DNA of 63,675 bases, the filler included, from Ministeria vibrans ATCC 50519 (lineage: Eukaryota > Protista > Filasterea): the NCBI GenBank assembly GCA_943704425.1. It is 5 parts of 5 records of this genome, joined end to end, with 100 filler letters (N's around TTAATTAATTAA, not from the genome) between each part and the next. Parts side by side here need not be neighbours in the genome. Positions count along the whole stretch, not along the records: positions 11,200 to 29,143 come from CALSCP010000038.1; positions 29,244 to 43,705 come from CALSCP010001968.1; 3 more parts are not named here. One strand, given 5' to 3'. This document shows positions 22,893 to 35,161 of this stretch, in pieces (the stretch's first letter is position 1; every line of letters starts with the position of its first letter). The notes beneath the pieces are model-generated. The model was given only the letters and a program-made list of their open reading frames with translations. It was not told where the DNA came from and did no database searches. The position numbers and the translations under genes were made by a program.

Positions 22893-25149
22893 TTATGTTA
22901 ACATGGACGCGTGTTTCAACTGCCAACGGGCATACTCGTCGGTGACCTTGGTGACGGCCTTCAGCAGAGGCATGGCAGCGGCGTCAAAGGTGTCGCCGTA
23001 GGTGCGTATAGAAGCACAAAGTTGGCCGTGACGCTCCGCAAGACTGGCAATGAGCTGTGAGAGCCGCGAGCGGGTCTGTGGTGTGGGTGCGCTAGAGAGT
23101 AGCATGCGCGACCAAATGTGCCGTAGAAGCTCGTGAATGACCGAGTGCAGCTGACGAAGCTGGCCCTGTGCGTCCGACGAGAGATCAGAGAGGGACGGAG
23201 CGGTGTTGGACGAGCGGGTATGGTCATACAGCGCATTAATGCGACTTTGTGCGGTCGCTGTCAGTCCACTTGAGTGCATTGCCTTGGAATACAACAAAAT
23301 AATTTTTAAAAAACAAACAATAAACAATTATTTTTGGGTACCAGTCGAGAGGGAAGCGAAAGACTCGATCGAGAATGACTGTGCGCCCTTTCAGCAGCAG
23401 AGACGGAGGCAGAAGAAGAGGTGGCAGGAGCACGAGAGGAGACAAGACGGAGAGCAGAGGGCTGCAGAGGAACCACATTAGGGGCAGTGGGACGGCGCAG
23501 GTCATCGAGGTCCACTGCGGCCATGAGCTGCCGCTTCTGTTCCAAGAATGATGACGTCTTCGTCTTCCCTTGACTAGTGGTACCGTTGCTGCTTGTGTCC
23601 ATTGAGGTGCCAAGCACGGCAGTCGATTGCTGGTTGAACAGCCGCGCTAAAGGAGGGTTCTCATGGCGTCGCAGCACCTTTTTCTTGTTCGCCGGCTGCT
23701 TCCCTTTCACATCCTTCTCCACCGGAGTTGCCCCAGTCGCACCCTCGCCCCCACTTGCACTCGCACCACCACTCACACTACCACTATCCTTCTTTAGCTT
23801 CTTCGCGCGCATCACTTCCTCTTCCCACTCTTCATCGCGCAGTCGCTTCTCTCGTCCACCATACCCTCCATACCCATCCAAATGATCTTCAAATGCCACC
23901 ACAGATGTCATCGATTCCCGTTCCCAATCCTCCTTCTTTGCCTCATCCCCATTCTTCCCTTCCGCCGTCCCTTCTGCTGTCACGGCAACTGCCCGATCCG
24001 GCAACAGTGACTGCGACAGAATCTCTTGGAGTGGATCATTGACTATTTTGCCTTGTCGTCGGAAGAACAATTGTGTCTACAGTATGAGCATTACATGTTA
24101 GTAATGTTACGCTGCAATCAAGTCTATTTACCTCAAGAAATTGTGTCCAGAAGGATTCCATTGAAACCTAAAAAAAAAGAAGAAAAAAAGCATCAAAGGG
24201 AGAAAAACGGATCAACGAAACAAATTTGACCTTGTCAGGCACATTTTCCTGATACGCCTTTTTGACTTTGGGGTAAGTGCGGAAAATGGAATCGATCATT
24301 GTTGGATTAAGTGTAACAACTTGTTTCTCGGAAGAGCCTGTTTTCTAAGGGAAGAGAGTGAGTGAGAGAAAGGTAAATGAGAGAGACTGTTCCGACTGCG
24401 AGTGAATGATGATAAGAAAATCACAATAACACAAATAATATAAACAAACTACACTTACTTCGTGCAGCTTTTCCAGCACATCCGATGGAATTCCCACTGG
24501 TCCTTTGGGCGCTCGACTCATTTCCTTCTCTCTCTACGTCATATTGTTGTTAACAAACAAACAATTTTTTGCTGCCTCCCTTCCTTTTTTTGTACCATTC
24601 TGCTTTCCCAAAACTCTTCTTCTGTCACAACGTTTCCTCCGACGAGTTCTTTGTGCAACTAGATTCATTCGCCGCAACAAAATTAGCAAAAGTGTCTCTG
24701 AGTAGTTGTGAAGCTGAGACTTACTTTGAGAAGATCAAGGTCCGATTTAAGCATCTCAAGACGTTCTGGATCAATTGCGGGTGAAGGTGGAACGGGTGTA
24801 GTTGATCCAGCGCCGTCTACCTTCCGATCTTCAAGGCGCATTCCCTTAACATGACGAGTCATTCGCACATGAGTCACAACAACTACTTTCTCCGATGGCT
24901 TACATCGTCTTTGGGCAATTCGCGGAGAAGCGCGCTGATTTTCTGTTTCATACTGTCCCGATCATCTTTGGAGGAGAACACAAAGACATATTTGACGGCT
25001 GGATCGCTTGTGAGCAACAGCAGTTTGATGACTTGTTCCGACTCAATGGATTGCTTTTGAGCTAAACACGAGTGTAAGAGGTCAGGAAGTGCCTTAAGAG
25101 AGCAGGCAGTGTGTGCGTACTGGTGATGGTGCGGATTGGAATGTTCGCC
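22893..25149 (-). CDS. GTF2H1: TFIIH subunit p62/Tfb1 (PH, BSD domains, C-terminal helical bundle); 5' end in gap
   Basis: PH-like [16 protein letters not shown]...[22 protein letters not shown]; BSD-like [27 protein letters not shown]|[12 protein letters not shown]; FNQQSTAVL; C-terminal HELLRHIW...PLLKAVTKV. Confidence 0.82.
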
Positions 25150-25152
25150 TTT

Positions 25153-25261
<109 letters not shown>

Positions 25262-26029
25262 NNNNNNNNNNNNNNNNNNNNNNNNNNNNNNNNNNNNNNN
25301 NNNNNNNNNNNNNNNNNNNNNNNNNNNNNNNNNNNNNNNNNNNNNNNNNNNNNNNNNNNNNNNNNNNNNNNNNNNNNNNNNNNNNNNNNNNNNNNNNNNN
25401 NNNNNNNNNNNNNNNNNNNNNNNNNNNNNNNNNNNNNNNNNNNNNNNNNNNNNNNNNNNNNNNNNNNNNNNNNNNNNNNNNNNNNNNNNNNNNNNNNNNN
25501 NNNNNNNNNNNNNNNNNNNNNNNNNNNNNNNNNNNNNNNNNNNNNNNNNNNNNNNNNNNNNNNNNNNNNNNNNNNNNNNNNNNNNNNNNNNNNNNNNNNN
25601 NNNNNNNNNNNNNNNNNNNNNNNNNNNNNNNNNNNNNNNNNNNNNNNNNNNNNNNNNNNNNNNNNNNNNNNNNNNNNNNNNNNNNNNNNNNNNNNNNNNN
25701 NNNNNNNNNNNNNNNNNNNNNNNNNNNNNNNNNNNNNNNNNNNNNNNNNNNNNNNNNNNNNNNNNNNNNNNNNNNNNNNNNNNNNNNNNNNNNNNNNNNN
25801 NNNNNNNNNNNNNNNNNNNNNNNNNNNNNNNNNNNNNNNNNNNNNNNNNNNNNNNNNNNNNNNNNNNNNNNNNNNNNNNNNNNNNNNNNNNNNNNNNNNN
25901 NNNNNNNNNNNNNNNNNNNNNNNNNNNNNNNNNNNNNNNNNNNNNNNNNNNNNNNNNNNNAAAAAAACAAAAAAAAAGAAAGAAACAGTTCTGTTGACAT
26001 CCGTTACTTTTGTATTCAATGCAAAACAG

Positions 26030-27648
26030 ATTGTCGACGAGTACCACTACAGCCCAACGACCAAAGGCCTGGTGCTTGGATCGTTCTTCTACGGCTATCT
26101 TTTCACGCAGGTAGGGCGTCGTTCGCGTGGCGAGGCAGACGGAGAGGGGGTTTGAAAATGGGGCGGTGGTCTTGTGGGTGCGTTTCCGCTCTCTCTCTCT
26201 CGCTCTCTCTCTCGCTCTCTCGTGTTTTACTGCGCACTTGCCGCATCCCACAACCCCATCGACTGCTCTGCTGCGTCGGGGTTGGCTTGGGCAAGCACAC
26301 TGACTGACCGTGCGCCGTTGTGTGTGCAGATTCCGGGCGGGTGGCTGTCGGCGCGCATAGGCGGCAAATGGATATTCTTTGGGGGGGTGCTGGCCACGAG
26401 CGTGCTTACTCTCATCTTCCCGCTTGCCGTCAAAGGCGGCGTGGGGCTGGTTATTACTGTTCGTGTTCTTATGGGTCTCGGCGAAGGTATCCGTCACAGA
26501 GAGGTGTACCCTGTTAGTGAGTTGGAGTGTTTGTTTAGGTGTGACGTTTCCATCAATGCACGCTGTCTGGGGACGATGGTCGCCGCCCAAGGACCGCTCG
26601 CGTCTCTCCATGATCTGCTACAGTGGCGCGTATGCCGGAAACACAGTGGGTCTTCCTGTCGCCGGTCAGTCAGCATAAGAAGAAGTGGGCACAAAGCTCA
26701 TTCGCGACTTACCCTTTGGTGTTTTAGGCGTTTTGTGCAGTTCATCGATTATGGGGGGATGGCCATCGGTGTTCTATTTGGGAGGGATTGTTGGGTGTGC
26801 GTGGTGTCTGCTGTGGCTCCTGACTGCATACGATTTGCCGGACCGCCATCCTTTTATGGCGGAAGAGGAGCGCGAGATGATTCGACGGACTCTGCTTGAA
26901 GAGCGTATTGCGGGTGAACGCGAAACGCGCCGGATTCTCCGCCTGAAGCACCAAGGAGAGCAAGAATCATTGCTTCCGGGCAAGTCAGTTAACTACAACA
27001 CACAATCGGAGCGCGTGACTCTTGCACCGGAAGAGGAACAAGTAGAAAGCGCGCAAGACAATTTGAGTGAAATTGACGTGTCTCTTGAGATTCCCACTCC
27101 CTGGTGGGACATCTTTACGTCCCTGCGCGTCTATGCGATTGTTATTGCCCACTTTTGCAATAACTATGGGTTTTATGGTCTTCTGACGTGCATGCCCACG
27201 TACTTTAACAAGTGTCTCAAGTTGAATATTGCGTCAACAGGTTTTGCCGTAAGATCACTGATTGCTGTGGGGGAGACGTTGACATCGTTGCCTGACTTTC
27301 CTCTTTGTGTTCGTTTTTCCCCCTTCTCTCTCTTTTCTTATTTTCAGTCTGCTGTGCCGTACCTATGTTTGTGGATCAGCTCTATTGCATTCAGCTTTGT
27401 CGCCGACTACATGCGCTCCCACTGGCTCTCCACCACCGCCACCCGCAAACTTCTCACTGCTCTCTCCTTCACCATCAGCGCCATCTTCCTTATTCTTGCT
27501 GGGTTTGTTCCAGAGGGTGATCAGACTGTTGCTGTTGTCTTCTTGAGCATTGCCGTGGGCGCTGGTGGTCTAGCATGTAACGGCTACAACATCAATCACA
27601 TTGGTATGTATCACACATATCAATTAATAATAATGATTATTATTATTA

Positions 27649-27696
<48 letters not shown>

Positions 27697-28092
27697 TTAT
27701 TATTACTTCCCTAGACCTCTCTCCTCGTTTTGCGGGTGTCTTGATGGGCATTACCAACACTGTGGCAACCATTCCGGGCTTTATTGCTCCGCAGATCACA
27801 ACCGCTGTTGCTCCTGACAACACCCGAGCCCAATGGCAAGTTGTCTTCTACATCTCAGCAGGTACGTACCGTACACATACATTGCGTGCTTCCCATCAAC
27901 GTCCCTCTCTCTCTCTCTCTTTCTCTCTCGTTAGGAGTGTACATTTTTGGTGCGATTGCATACAGTCTGATGGCCAGTGGCGACCGTCAGCCATGGGCTG
28001 ATGGGGCAGTCAAGACGCCTCCTCGCTGGATGACCTGCTGCCATCCCAAGAAGGACCAGCCCCTAAATGATTCCGTCGCCGGTGAATACTGA
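26030..28092 (+). CDS. SLC17 / sialin-like anion:cation symporter (MFS); 5' end in gap
   Basis: KGLVLGSFFYGYLFTQ|IPGGWLS; RVLMGLGE|GVTFPSMHAVWGRWSPPKDRSRL; GWPSVFY; TPWWDIFTS..VYAIVIAHFCNNYGFY; NHI|DLSPRFAGVLMGITNTVATIPG. Confidence 0.93.
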
Positions 28093-28460
28093 ATACTAGA
28101 AGCTGTATTGTTTGTGTGTGTTTGTTAATTACAGGACTCAATGTTTGATTTGGCTTTTTGTTTTATTGAGATGCGCTCTGCAGTCTGTACATCACAGTCT
28201 GCAAGAACTCACAATAAACTTGAATGATGGGAGTTCTTGACAAGTCACTCACAAGTGACGTGTGGTAGTGCTGTAGTAGAAAGATCAGTGGATCACATTT
28301 GGCCCGGTTGCCACCGTTGTTTTTTTTTGAAAAAGTGTGCGGTTTCGACTCACTCAATCATCAATCAATCAAACTTTCACACACTGAATGAACTCTTAAA
28401 AGCAATCAAGTAAATAAAAAAAAGTAAAAACATTTATTTCTTCTTTCTTGTCTGCCAGCC

Positions 28461-29007
28461 ATGTCCGCTGCTCGTGCCGAGCTTGAAGAACTCCTTGCCC
28501 GCAAGGCACAGATCGAGGAGCATTTGGCGGTAGCGAAGCCAAACGGCCGTTGAAAACGATGTTTGGTCACTGATCGTTCTCTCTGGCCGACTTAGGGTCT
28601 CGAGAGACAAATCTATGCGTTTGAAGGGTCCTATCTGGAGGATACGGTGAACTCTGGGTCGATTGTTCGCGGCTGGGATGCCTATTTATCGCACAGGTAA
28701 CGAGAAAGGAGAATCGACAAGATGTCGAAAAATGGAAAATTCGTTATGTGTCGCGACTGTGTGGTGCAATGGCGGCTCTCTCGGGCGCTCTCACTACCCC
28801 CTTTGTGTACTCCCACGACTCTGCGGCCTTTCAGGGGGACGCGGGCTCTGGTTGATGTTGTTTGGACGGGTTATTATATCGCAACGGTTTTTTCTTCTTT
28901 TGATCTTTGATGGATGCTCTTGTAGGTCACAGAGCTCGGGTGATCGCGGGCGCAAGTTCAAGGACTCGGAGCGTCTTTTTTCTTTGTCTTCTTGCACTTC
29001 TCAAAAG
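28461..29007 (+). CDS. MEAF6: Chromatin modification-related protein Eaf6/MEAF6 (NuA4/MYST subunit), truncated by contig end
   Basis: [23 protein letters not shown]|[29 protein letters not shown]|...[17 protein letters not shown]. Confidence 0.93.
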
Positions 29008-29143
29008 GTTTGAGACTGACAAAAAGTGTGTTTGTGAATTGTGATGTCTCTTCTATCACTTTGTCTATCACTTTGTCTATCACTTTGTCTATCACTCTGT
29101 CTATCACTTTGTTTTCACTTTGTCTATCACTTTGTCTATCACC

Positions 29144-29243
29144 NNNNNNNNNNNNNNNNNNNNNNNNNNNNNNNNNNNNNNNNNNNNTTAATTAATTAAN
29201 NNNNNNNNNNNNNNNNNNNNNNNNNNNNNNNNNNNNNNNNNNN
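29144..29243. other. Artificial contig-joining spacer
   Basis: N44-TTAATTAATTAA-N44. Confidence 0.95.
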
Positions 29244-29284
29244 AAAAAAAAAAAAAAGAACACAATATGAAATATGGAGTGAAT

Positions 29285-29958
29285 ACGGGAGGGTCGCTGT
29301 AGCATGCACCGGTGTTGGCCTGCAGGGGTTGGACGATGATCTTGTCGTCGCCGGCGGCGTCGGCAATGCAGCCGGCACGCTGACCGTACGAGATGTCAAC
29401 AAGCGTGTCGTTGTTGGCAATGGGCAGGGGCTGGGCGCCAAAGACACAGCCGGTCGACGGCAGCAGATGGTAGTACAGGGCTCCGCTCTTGACACACGTG
29501 GCGGCGTCCATGGGCGACGCAACAGCACACGACGGGGCTTTTCCGTCGGCGCAAGGGGGCGCGAGAGACGAGTTGGTGCAGGAGCAGCCGAACATGACGT
29601 GCGTCGTGGTCACGGTGGCGTTGGTCGTGGCGTTGGTGACGGTCGTGTCGAACACCGCATAGTACTGCGTCGGGCTGGGCGCCAGTTGATGGAAGTCGGG
29701 GACGGGCGCAAAGACAGCGCTGCCGTTGACCATGCCCGTCACATGCAGCGAGAAGACATGCGCCTGCAGCAGCGTGGCGGCGTCAAAGCTCTTCGGCGGG
29801 CACGCAAACGACGAGGGCTTTGCTGGCGAGAAGACGTTGAAAAACAACTGCGAGTTGGCGTTGTTGTTGTTGTTGTTGTTGGGGTGGGTGTTCACCGACG
29901 CGGGCATGGCTGCTGCCAGGGCCAGCAAGCCGAGCATCGTCATGATCATCTTCAACAT
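29285..29958 (-). CDS. Secreted Cys-containing protein of unknown function, 3' truncated
   Basis: Signal peptide MLKMIMTMLGLLALAAA, poly-Asn, N-glycosylation sequons, GC-rich coding-type codon usage; runs toward the contig edge. Confidence 0.7.
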
Positions 29959-30235
29959 GTCAGAAGAAGGACGAAAAATGAAGTTTTAGTTTGTTTTTTT
30001 TTTCAAAAATATCTCGACGGAAGTTGATAAAAACAAAAATGTTTATGTTTATATTTTGTTTGTTTTTAAGGGTCGGTCTATGGGGTTCTTCTGGGACATG
30101 CCGGAAATTGTCGTCGAGAAGTCTACGCCCTACGGTGGAAGTAAGGCATTGCTCTTTATTTTGCAGAATGTCTTGTTGAGTTGTTGACTTGTAAACAACT
30201 CATTTTAATTTTTATTTATTCTTCGATTAATTTTG

Positions 30236-32158
30236 ATGAAGCGTCAACGCAGAGAGGATGCAACGCCCGCGACGGCGGTGCAAGGATGGCGTCCGGGACT
30301 GCCTGATAAGGATGGCGTGGGCGAATGTTTTCTAGACGATGGGGCGAGCAAACGACCGCTGAGCATATCACGCAGTGTCAATCAACGTCTTGACGACGCT
30401 CAACGCCGCCTTGCGCGGTTTGTTTGCCAACGAACGTTTGCACCAACGTCAGAACACGGACGAGGGTGCATCGTGTCGCGGTCTGCTGCCGACGACGAGA
30501 CCACCATGGTTGGAATTCTGGCGTTTTTGGGGGCGATTTTGCGCAAAAATGGCGATCATCTCTCGGACGTTGTACATCGCAGCTTTCGCTTGAGCACTGG
30601 AAAGCACGTGCTCCCGCCTATACTACTGGTCACGCCGCTTGATCGATTGTCGTCGTGGATTGACCTTGTCGACCGCTGGTACTACATGGATGTGTTCGTT
30701 TTGCCCCGTGAACAGTTCGAGTCGTCTGCCATCGTCGCGGTGCCTCTGGCCGCACGCCAATGCGAGTTGCTCGTTGTCGCACATGAGAACCTCTCGACAA
30801 CTCTCATCAATCGAGTGCTGGAAAACAGCGCAATGCCTCAGTTCACCTTGATGATTTTCGACCACTGCGACTCACTCGTGGACTCGCGTCATTTGGACGC
30901 GGCGCGCGAGCGAATGCAACAAATGAAAACGTCGCGACGCATTGCAATTGTAGACGAATCGAAGACATTTGCAGAAAACACGAGTCAAGGCAACAAGGTC
31001 GACACAACTGCGTTGGCGTTGAGACGACGCATTTGGCGCACTTGCATGCTGGTGCTTCCTAAACAATTCACGGGTCAGGTTCAGTTCAACCGTCGCTGCG
31101 CTATGGACACCCTCGACGACGTTGGTTCCATTCAAGCGGTTGCGCGACATCTCTGCCGTACCCTCCGTGAGCAACACATCCTCATGGTACTCGAGCCGAC
31201 ACGAGCAACGCCGCCCTGTGAGCGTTTGCTGCACGTACCGACGACGACGACGATGACGACGACAACGACGACGACGACGACGACTACCACCACCAAAAAC
31301 ACACAGCGTGAGGTTGACCCCAACAAGGTGCAATCCAGTGCTGGCTCTTCCAGTCTGCAGGTTCCTCGTGATCAAGTGCCGACCACGCGTGACTCGCTGT
31401 CAGTTGAGCGTGCTCGTGCCGACAAACGCCGTCGTCTTATCGACGCAACACTGCAAGAAGGTGTGCCCTCCCCATCTCATGCCCTGGCTCCTGCAGTCTC
31501 AAGAGTGGACATGATTGCCAGCAGCTCGAGTGCCAGCTGTTCAAGTGCTTCTATGATTTCACAGCCGTCCTTTCGTTCGTCGCACTCTGTCCAATGTGTG
31601 TCGCTCTTGAGCTATGATCCGGCAATGTCAGCGCAGGGGGTGTCGCTCCTGCGCCGTCAAAGTAGTCTGTTGTTGGATTTGGAGGAAATCAATACCAATG
31701 CGACTCCAAGTGCAAGCGGCATGTGCATGGATGATGAATGTTCGCCCGATCTGTGTCCGAAACCAGTTCGTCGACTAGACGTGTCCCCGATTGTCGTTGG
31801 ACGCCGGCAACAAGCTGACTCGGGAGGCGTATCGTGTGTACCATATGTGCAAGATGCTACGGCTCCGCCCAACCGAATGAGGTCAAAGTCGAACAGCTTT
31901 CCTGCAACTGTAGACGAAGTGTACGTCGAAGCGGAACGAGGAGCCGCTGAGTATCTGCGTGGCCGTACTTTTGAGGGGTTGCAGCTGGAACTCGCGTCGC
32001 CGAAAGTGACCCACACGTTTCTTTTGGCGGCATTCGCAGGCTACACCGACGTGCACGAGTTTGCGCGACATTTCCTGAAAATGTCCTCGACAGAGTGTGA
32101 GGTGTTGCGAGAAGATTTTTATCGTGATCTCGACGGCAAGGCGTCTGTTCCTGTGTAA
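30236..32158 (+). CDS. Degenerate SNF2 N-lobe protein resembling ERCC6L2 (probable pseudo-ATPase), single exon
   Basis: GRGCIVSRSAADDETTMVGILAFLGAILRKNG; PILLVTPLDRLSSWIDLVDRW; LMIFDHCDSL; RRIAIV; C-terminal AAFAGYTDVHEFARHFLKMSSTECEVLREDFY. Confidence 0.6.
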   Translation: MKRQRREDATPATAVQGWRPGLPDKDGVGECFLDDGASKRPLSISRSVNQRLDDAQRRLARFVCQRTFAPTSEHGRGCIVSRSAADDETTMVGILAFLGAILRKNGDHLSDVVHRSFRLSTGKHVLPPILLVTPLDRLSSWIDLVDRWYYMDVFVLPREQFESSAIVAVPLAARQCELLVVAHENLSTTLINRVLENSAMPQFTLMIFDHCDSLVDSRHLDAARERMQQMKTSRRIAIVDESKTFAENTSQGNKVDTTALALRRRIWRTCMLVLPKQFTGQVQFNRRCAMDTLDDVGSIQAVARHLCRTLREQHILMVLEPTRATPPCERLLHVPTTTTMTTTTTTTTTTTTTKNTQREVDPNKVQSSAGSSSLQVPRDQVPTTRDSLSVERARADKRRRLIDATLQEGVPSPSHALAPAVSRVDMIASSSSASCSSASMISQPSFRSSHSVQCVSLLSYDPAMSAQGVSLLRRQSSLLLDLEEINTNATPSASGMCMDDECSPDLCPKPVRRLDVSPIVVGRRQQADSGGVSCVPYVQDATAPPNRMRSKSNSFPATVDEVYVEAERGAAEYLRGRTFEGLQLELASPKVTHTFLLAAFAGYTDVHEFARHFLKMSSTECEVLREDFYRDLDGKASVPV

Positions 32159-32608
32159 ATATTGCGCAAGATTCAAGAAAAATTATTGTTCAGTTTGAAT
32201 TAAGGTTATAAGTTTACTAATAATTTGTCATGAGTGTCATCGTTAATGTTGTTAAATGTCAATAATAGCTTTTACTTATTACTAAATATATTATATATAG
32301 CGTCTAGCATTGCTCGTAATTGAAATTTGGATGTTTGGGTGGTCGTTTTGATAAGAATGTGTAATAATTTCAGAATTCAGAATAAACGCAAGACTGTCGT
32401 GTGCAGAGCATACATGTGCCTCCGTAGTCCGTACGAAGCACGGAGTAGTCCGTACCTTCTTCTCATGTGCATATCAGATCTGATAACACTATTAACATTT
32501 AGTGGGTATGAGTTTCTTTCAGGGCATTCTCGTTCTAGAAGTTGACGACGGAAGTATTGTTGCTTCACACAGATTTGCATCATGATACTTGATAGTTGAT
32601 ACTTGATA

Positions 32609-32630
32609 GTCATGACTCATGAGTCATGAC
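32609..32630. promoter_or_regulatory. 22-bp perfect palindrome containing two adjacent AP-1-type sites (TGACTCA/TGAGTCA)
   Basis: gtcatgactcatgagtcatgac, about 170 bp upstream of the MEST-like ATG. Function is inferred only. Confidence 0.35.
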
Positions 32631-32800
32631 AATAATTGCAATTGGCGATTATTCGTCTCGAAGTCTGCGGCGGAAGTATTGTGTCTAGGTTTTGTGAATT
32701 CTCTCAAATCTCTATTAAATTTTTTTTCTTATTATTTTTGAATATTTCCGTAGTTCTCCCCTTCCTTTGGTCGTTATTTGCGTCGGCGATAGGTTGCGCA

Positions 32801-34379
32801 ATGGGGAAACTGGGCTATGTTGCGCTTGGGGTCGCGGCGATTGCGGCGGTGGCGGTGTATCCGTGGACTCCCCCTGCGGTGCGCGCGGTGTGCCGCAGAC
32901 TCACCGAATAATGCCCCCATGCGCACTGTTGCCTTTGTAGATGAGCGAAACGTTGCATGAATGGAGGAACAATGGGTCGTTTTACACAACGCGAAGCGGT
33001 CATGAGATTTTCTACCAAGGTTTCGAAGTTTGCTCGACTCCGCACTCGCTCGTAACGTGATTGGTTCGTGTTGTTTTAGACATCAAAGGCACCGGGCATA
33101 AAGGTGTTCTGGTGTGCATCCATGGCTTCCCAACCAGCAGGTAGGCACACTGTGTGAACTGAAACAAACGGTGATCTGAATTCAAACAGCTTCGACTGGC
33201 TGCCGCTTCTTCCCGAGCTGCACAAACAGTTTGAACGTATCATCATGCCCGATATGGTTGGGTTTGGGTTCTCGGAGAAGCCGACGGAGCGAGGATCAAT
33301 CACAATTAAGCTACAGGTACGTCGGTCGTGTTTTGTGTGTTGCGCTGACACACAGTCTGCATTCATGTGCAAGGCGGACATGCACGAAGAGCTGTTGCTT
33401 CATTTGGGGGTTTCACATGCCATTGTTCTTTCTCACGATTATGGCGATACAGTCTTACAAGAATTACTCGCTCGCAAACACGACAAGTATGGAATAAGCA
33501 TTACTTGTGTGACCGTGACACTAACTCAATCATTGTGCACATGACGAACAGATCACTGCAAATTCGCTTGCTGATGGTTGCCTTCATGCTCAATGGGGGT
33601 CTATTTCCAGAGGCACACAAGTACGTATCAAGGGGGATGGTGAAGGGGAGCACGATTGTCATATTTCGATTTGGTGTTGCAGACCTCGAATGGTGCAGCA
33701 ACTGCTCAACCATCGGCTCGTCGGGCCCTTTGTGGGCTATTTAATGAACGGGTTCCTCTTCAAGCGCTCCTTTGCCGAGGTGTTTGGGCCAAAGACACAG
33801 CCAAGCGAGGAGTTCTTGAATGATGCGTGGGCGCTGACATGCCACCGCCAAGGGCACATGGCCGCGCACGCCCTCATCATGGTATTGCGCATCGCAACAG
33901 CGAGTGATTGGTGATTGTAAATGTGAGTATAGTACATGGACGAGCGCAAGAAGTACCGAGAACGATGGACAGAGGCGCTGACGGGTGAGCGTGACATCAC
34001 GTTGGTGCTGCTGGACGGCCCAGCGGATCCTGTGAGCGGACGTCACTTGGCTGAGCGAGCCCAGCAACTGGTCAGTATAACGAAAGCACAATACTACTAC
34101 AAATATAATACTATAATAGTTATGATACTATAATAGTTATAATGCTATAATAGTTATAATGCTATAATAGTTATAATACTATAATAGTTATAATGCTATA
34201 AGATATAATACTATAATAGTTATAATGCTATAATAGTTATAATACTATAATAGTTATAATGCTATAAGATATAATACTATAATAGTTATAATACTATAAT
34301 AGTTATAATACTATAATAGTTATAATACTATAATAGTTATAATACTATAATAGTTATAATACTATAATAGTTATAATAC

Positions 34380-34413
<34 letters not shown>

Positions 34414-34899
34414 GAATAATAGAATAATAGTAATAATAATAATAGAATAATAGTAATAATAATAGAATAATAATAAAGGCAGTGGACATTGCAAAAGTCG
34501 AGAAAGGGAGCAGGGGGAAAGAGGGAGAGAGACAACATTGCACCAAAAAAAAGTGATAAGTCTTGACCGGGTTGTTGTGTTCAGGTTCCGCACATGGGAG
34601 TTGTTTTCCTGGACAGTCATATTGGACACTACCCGCAGATTGAGGCACCAACACGTATTGCCGCTGTGCTTGACCATGTGTTGTCGCGCCATGAAGATCC
34701 CATGGTCAAGTACGAACCGGCCAAGGACAACCAGCTGCTTTTGCTCGGCATGAGCGACGAGGGAAAGCAGGAGGGGACGGCGCGCGCCGAAACGTTCGAT
34801 ATGGACAATGAGAACTACAACGATGACCGCGAAGACGCTGAGAAGGCACAGGAAGAGGCAGACATCCGTGCGCAGTATGGTGGCGAAGACGAGGAATGA
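32801..34899 (+). CDS. MEST: MEST-like alpha/beta hydrolase, multi-exon
   Basis: HGFPTS|SFDW; PDMVGFGFSEKP; QADMHEELL; SHDYGDTVLQELLAR; LNGGLFPEAH; YMDERKKYRERW; GPADPVSG; IGHYPQIEAP. Confidence 0.88.
34105..34385. repeat. Intronic AT-rich ~17-bp minisatellite (tataatagttataatac/gc)n
   Basis: Direct inspection; followed by (AAT)n. Confidence 0.9.
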
Positions 34900-34984
34900 A
34901 TAAGAGAGATTATAATATTATTTATACTTCCAGTAGTCAAACCGGTAGGTGGCCAGAGTGTAATAACAACATACGGAGAGAATG

Positions 34985-35052
<68 letters not shown>

Positions 35053-35161
35053 GAGAGAAAGTTTGAAAGTTTGAGAGAGATGGAGAGCGAAGGTGATATA
35101 GAGAGAAAGTAAGTGACAGAGAGACACAATCAAAGTGATGGAGAGAAGAGATACAATAGGC

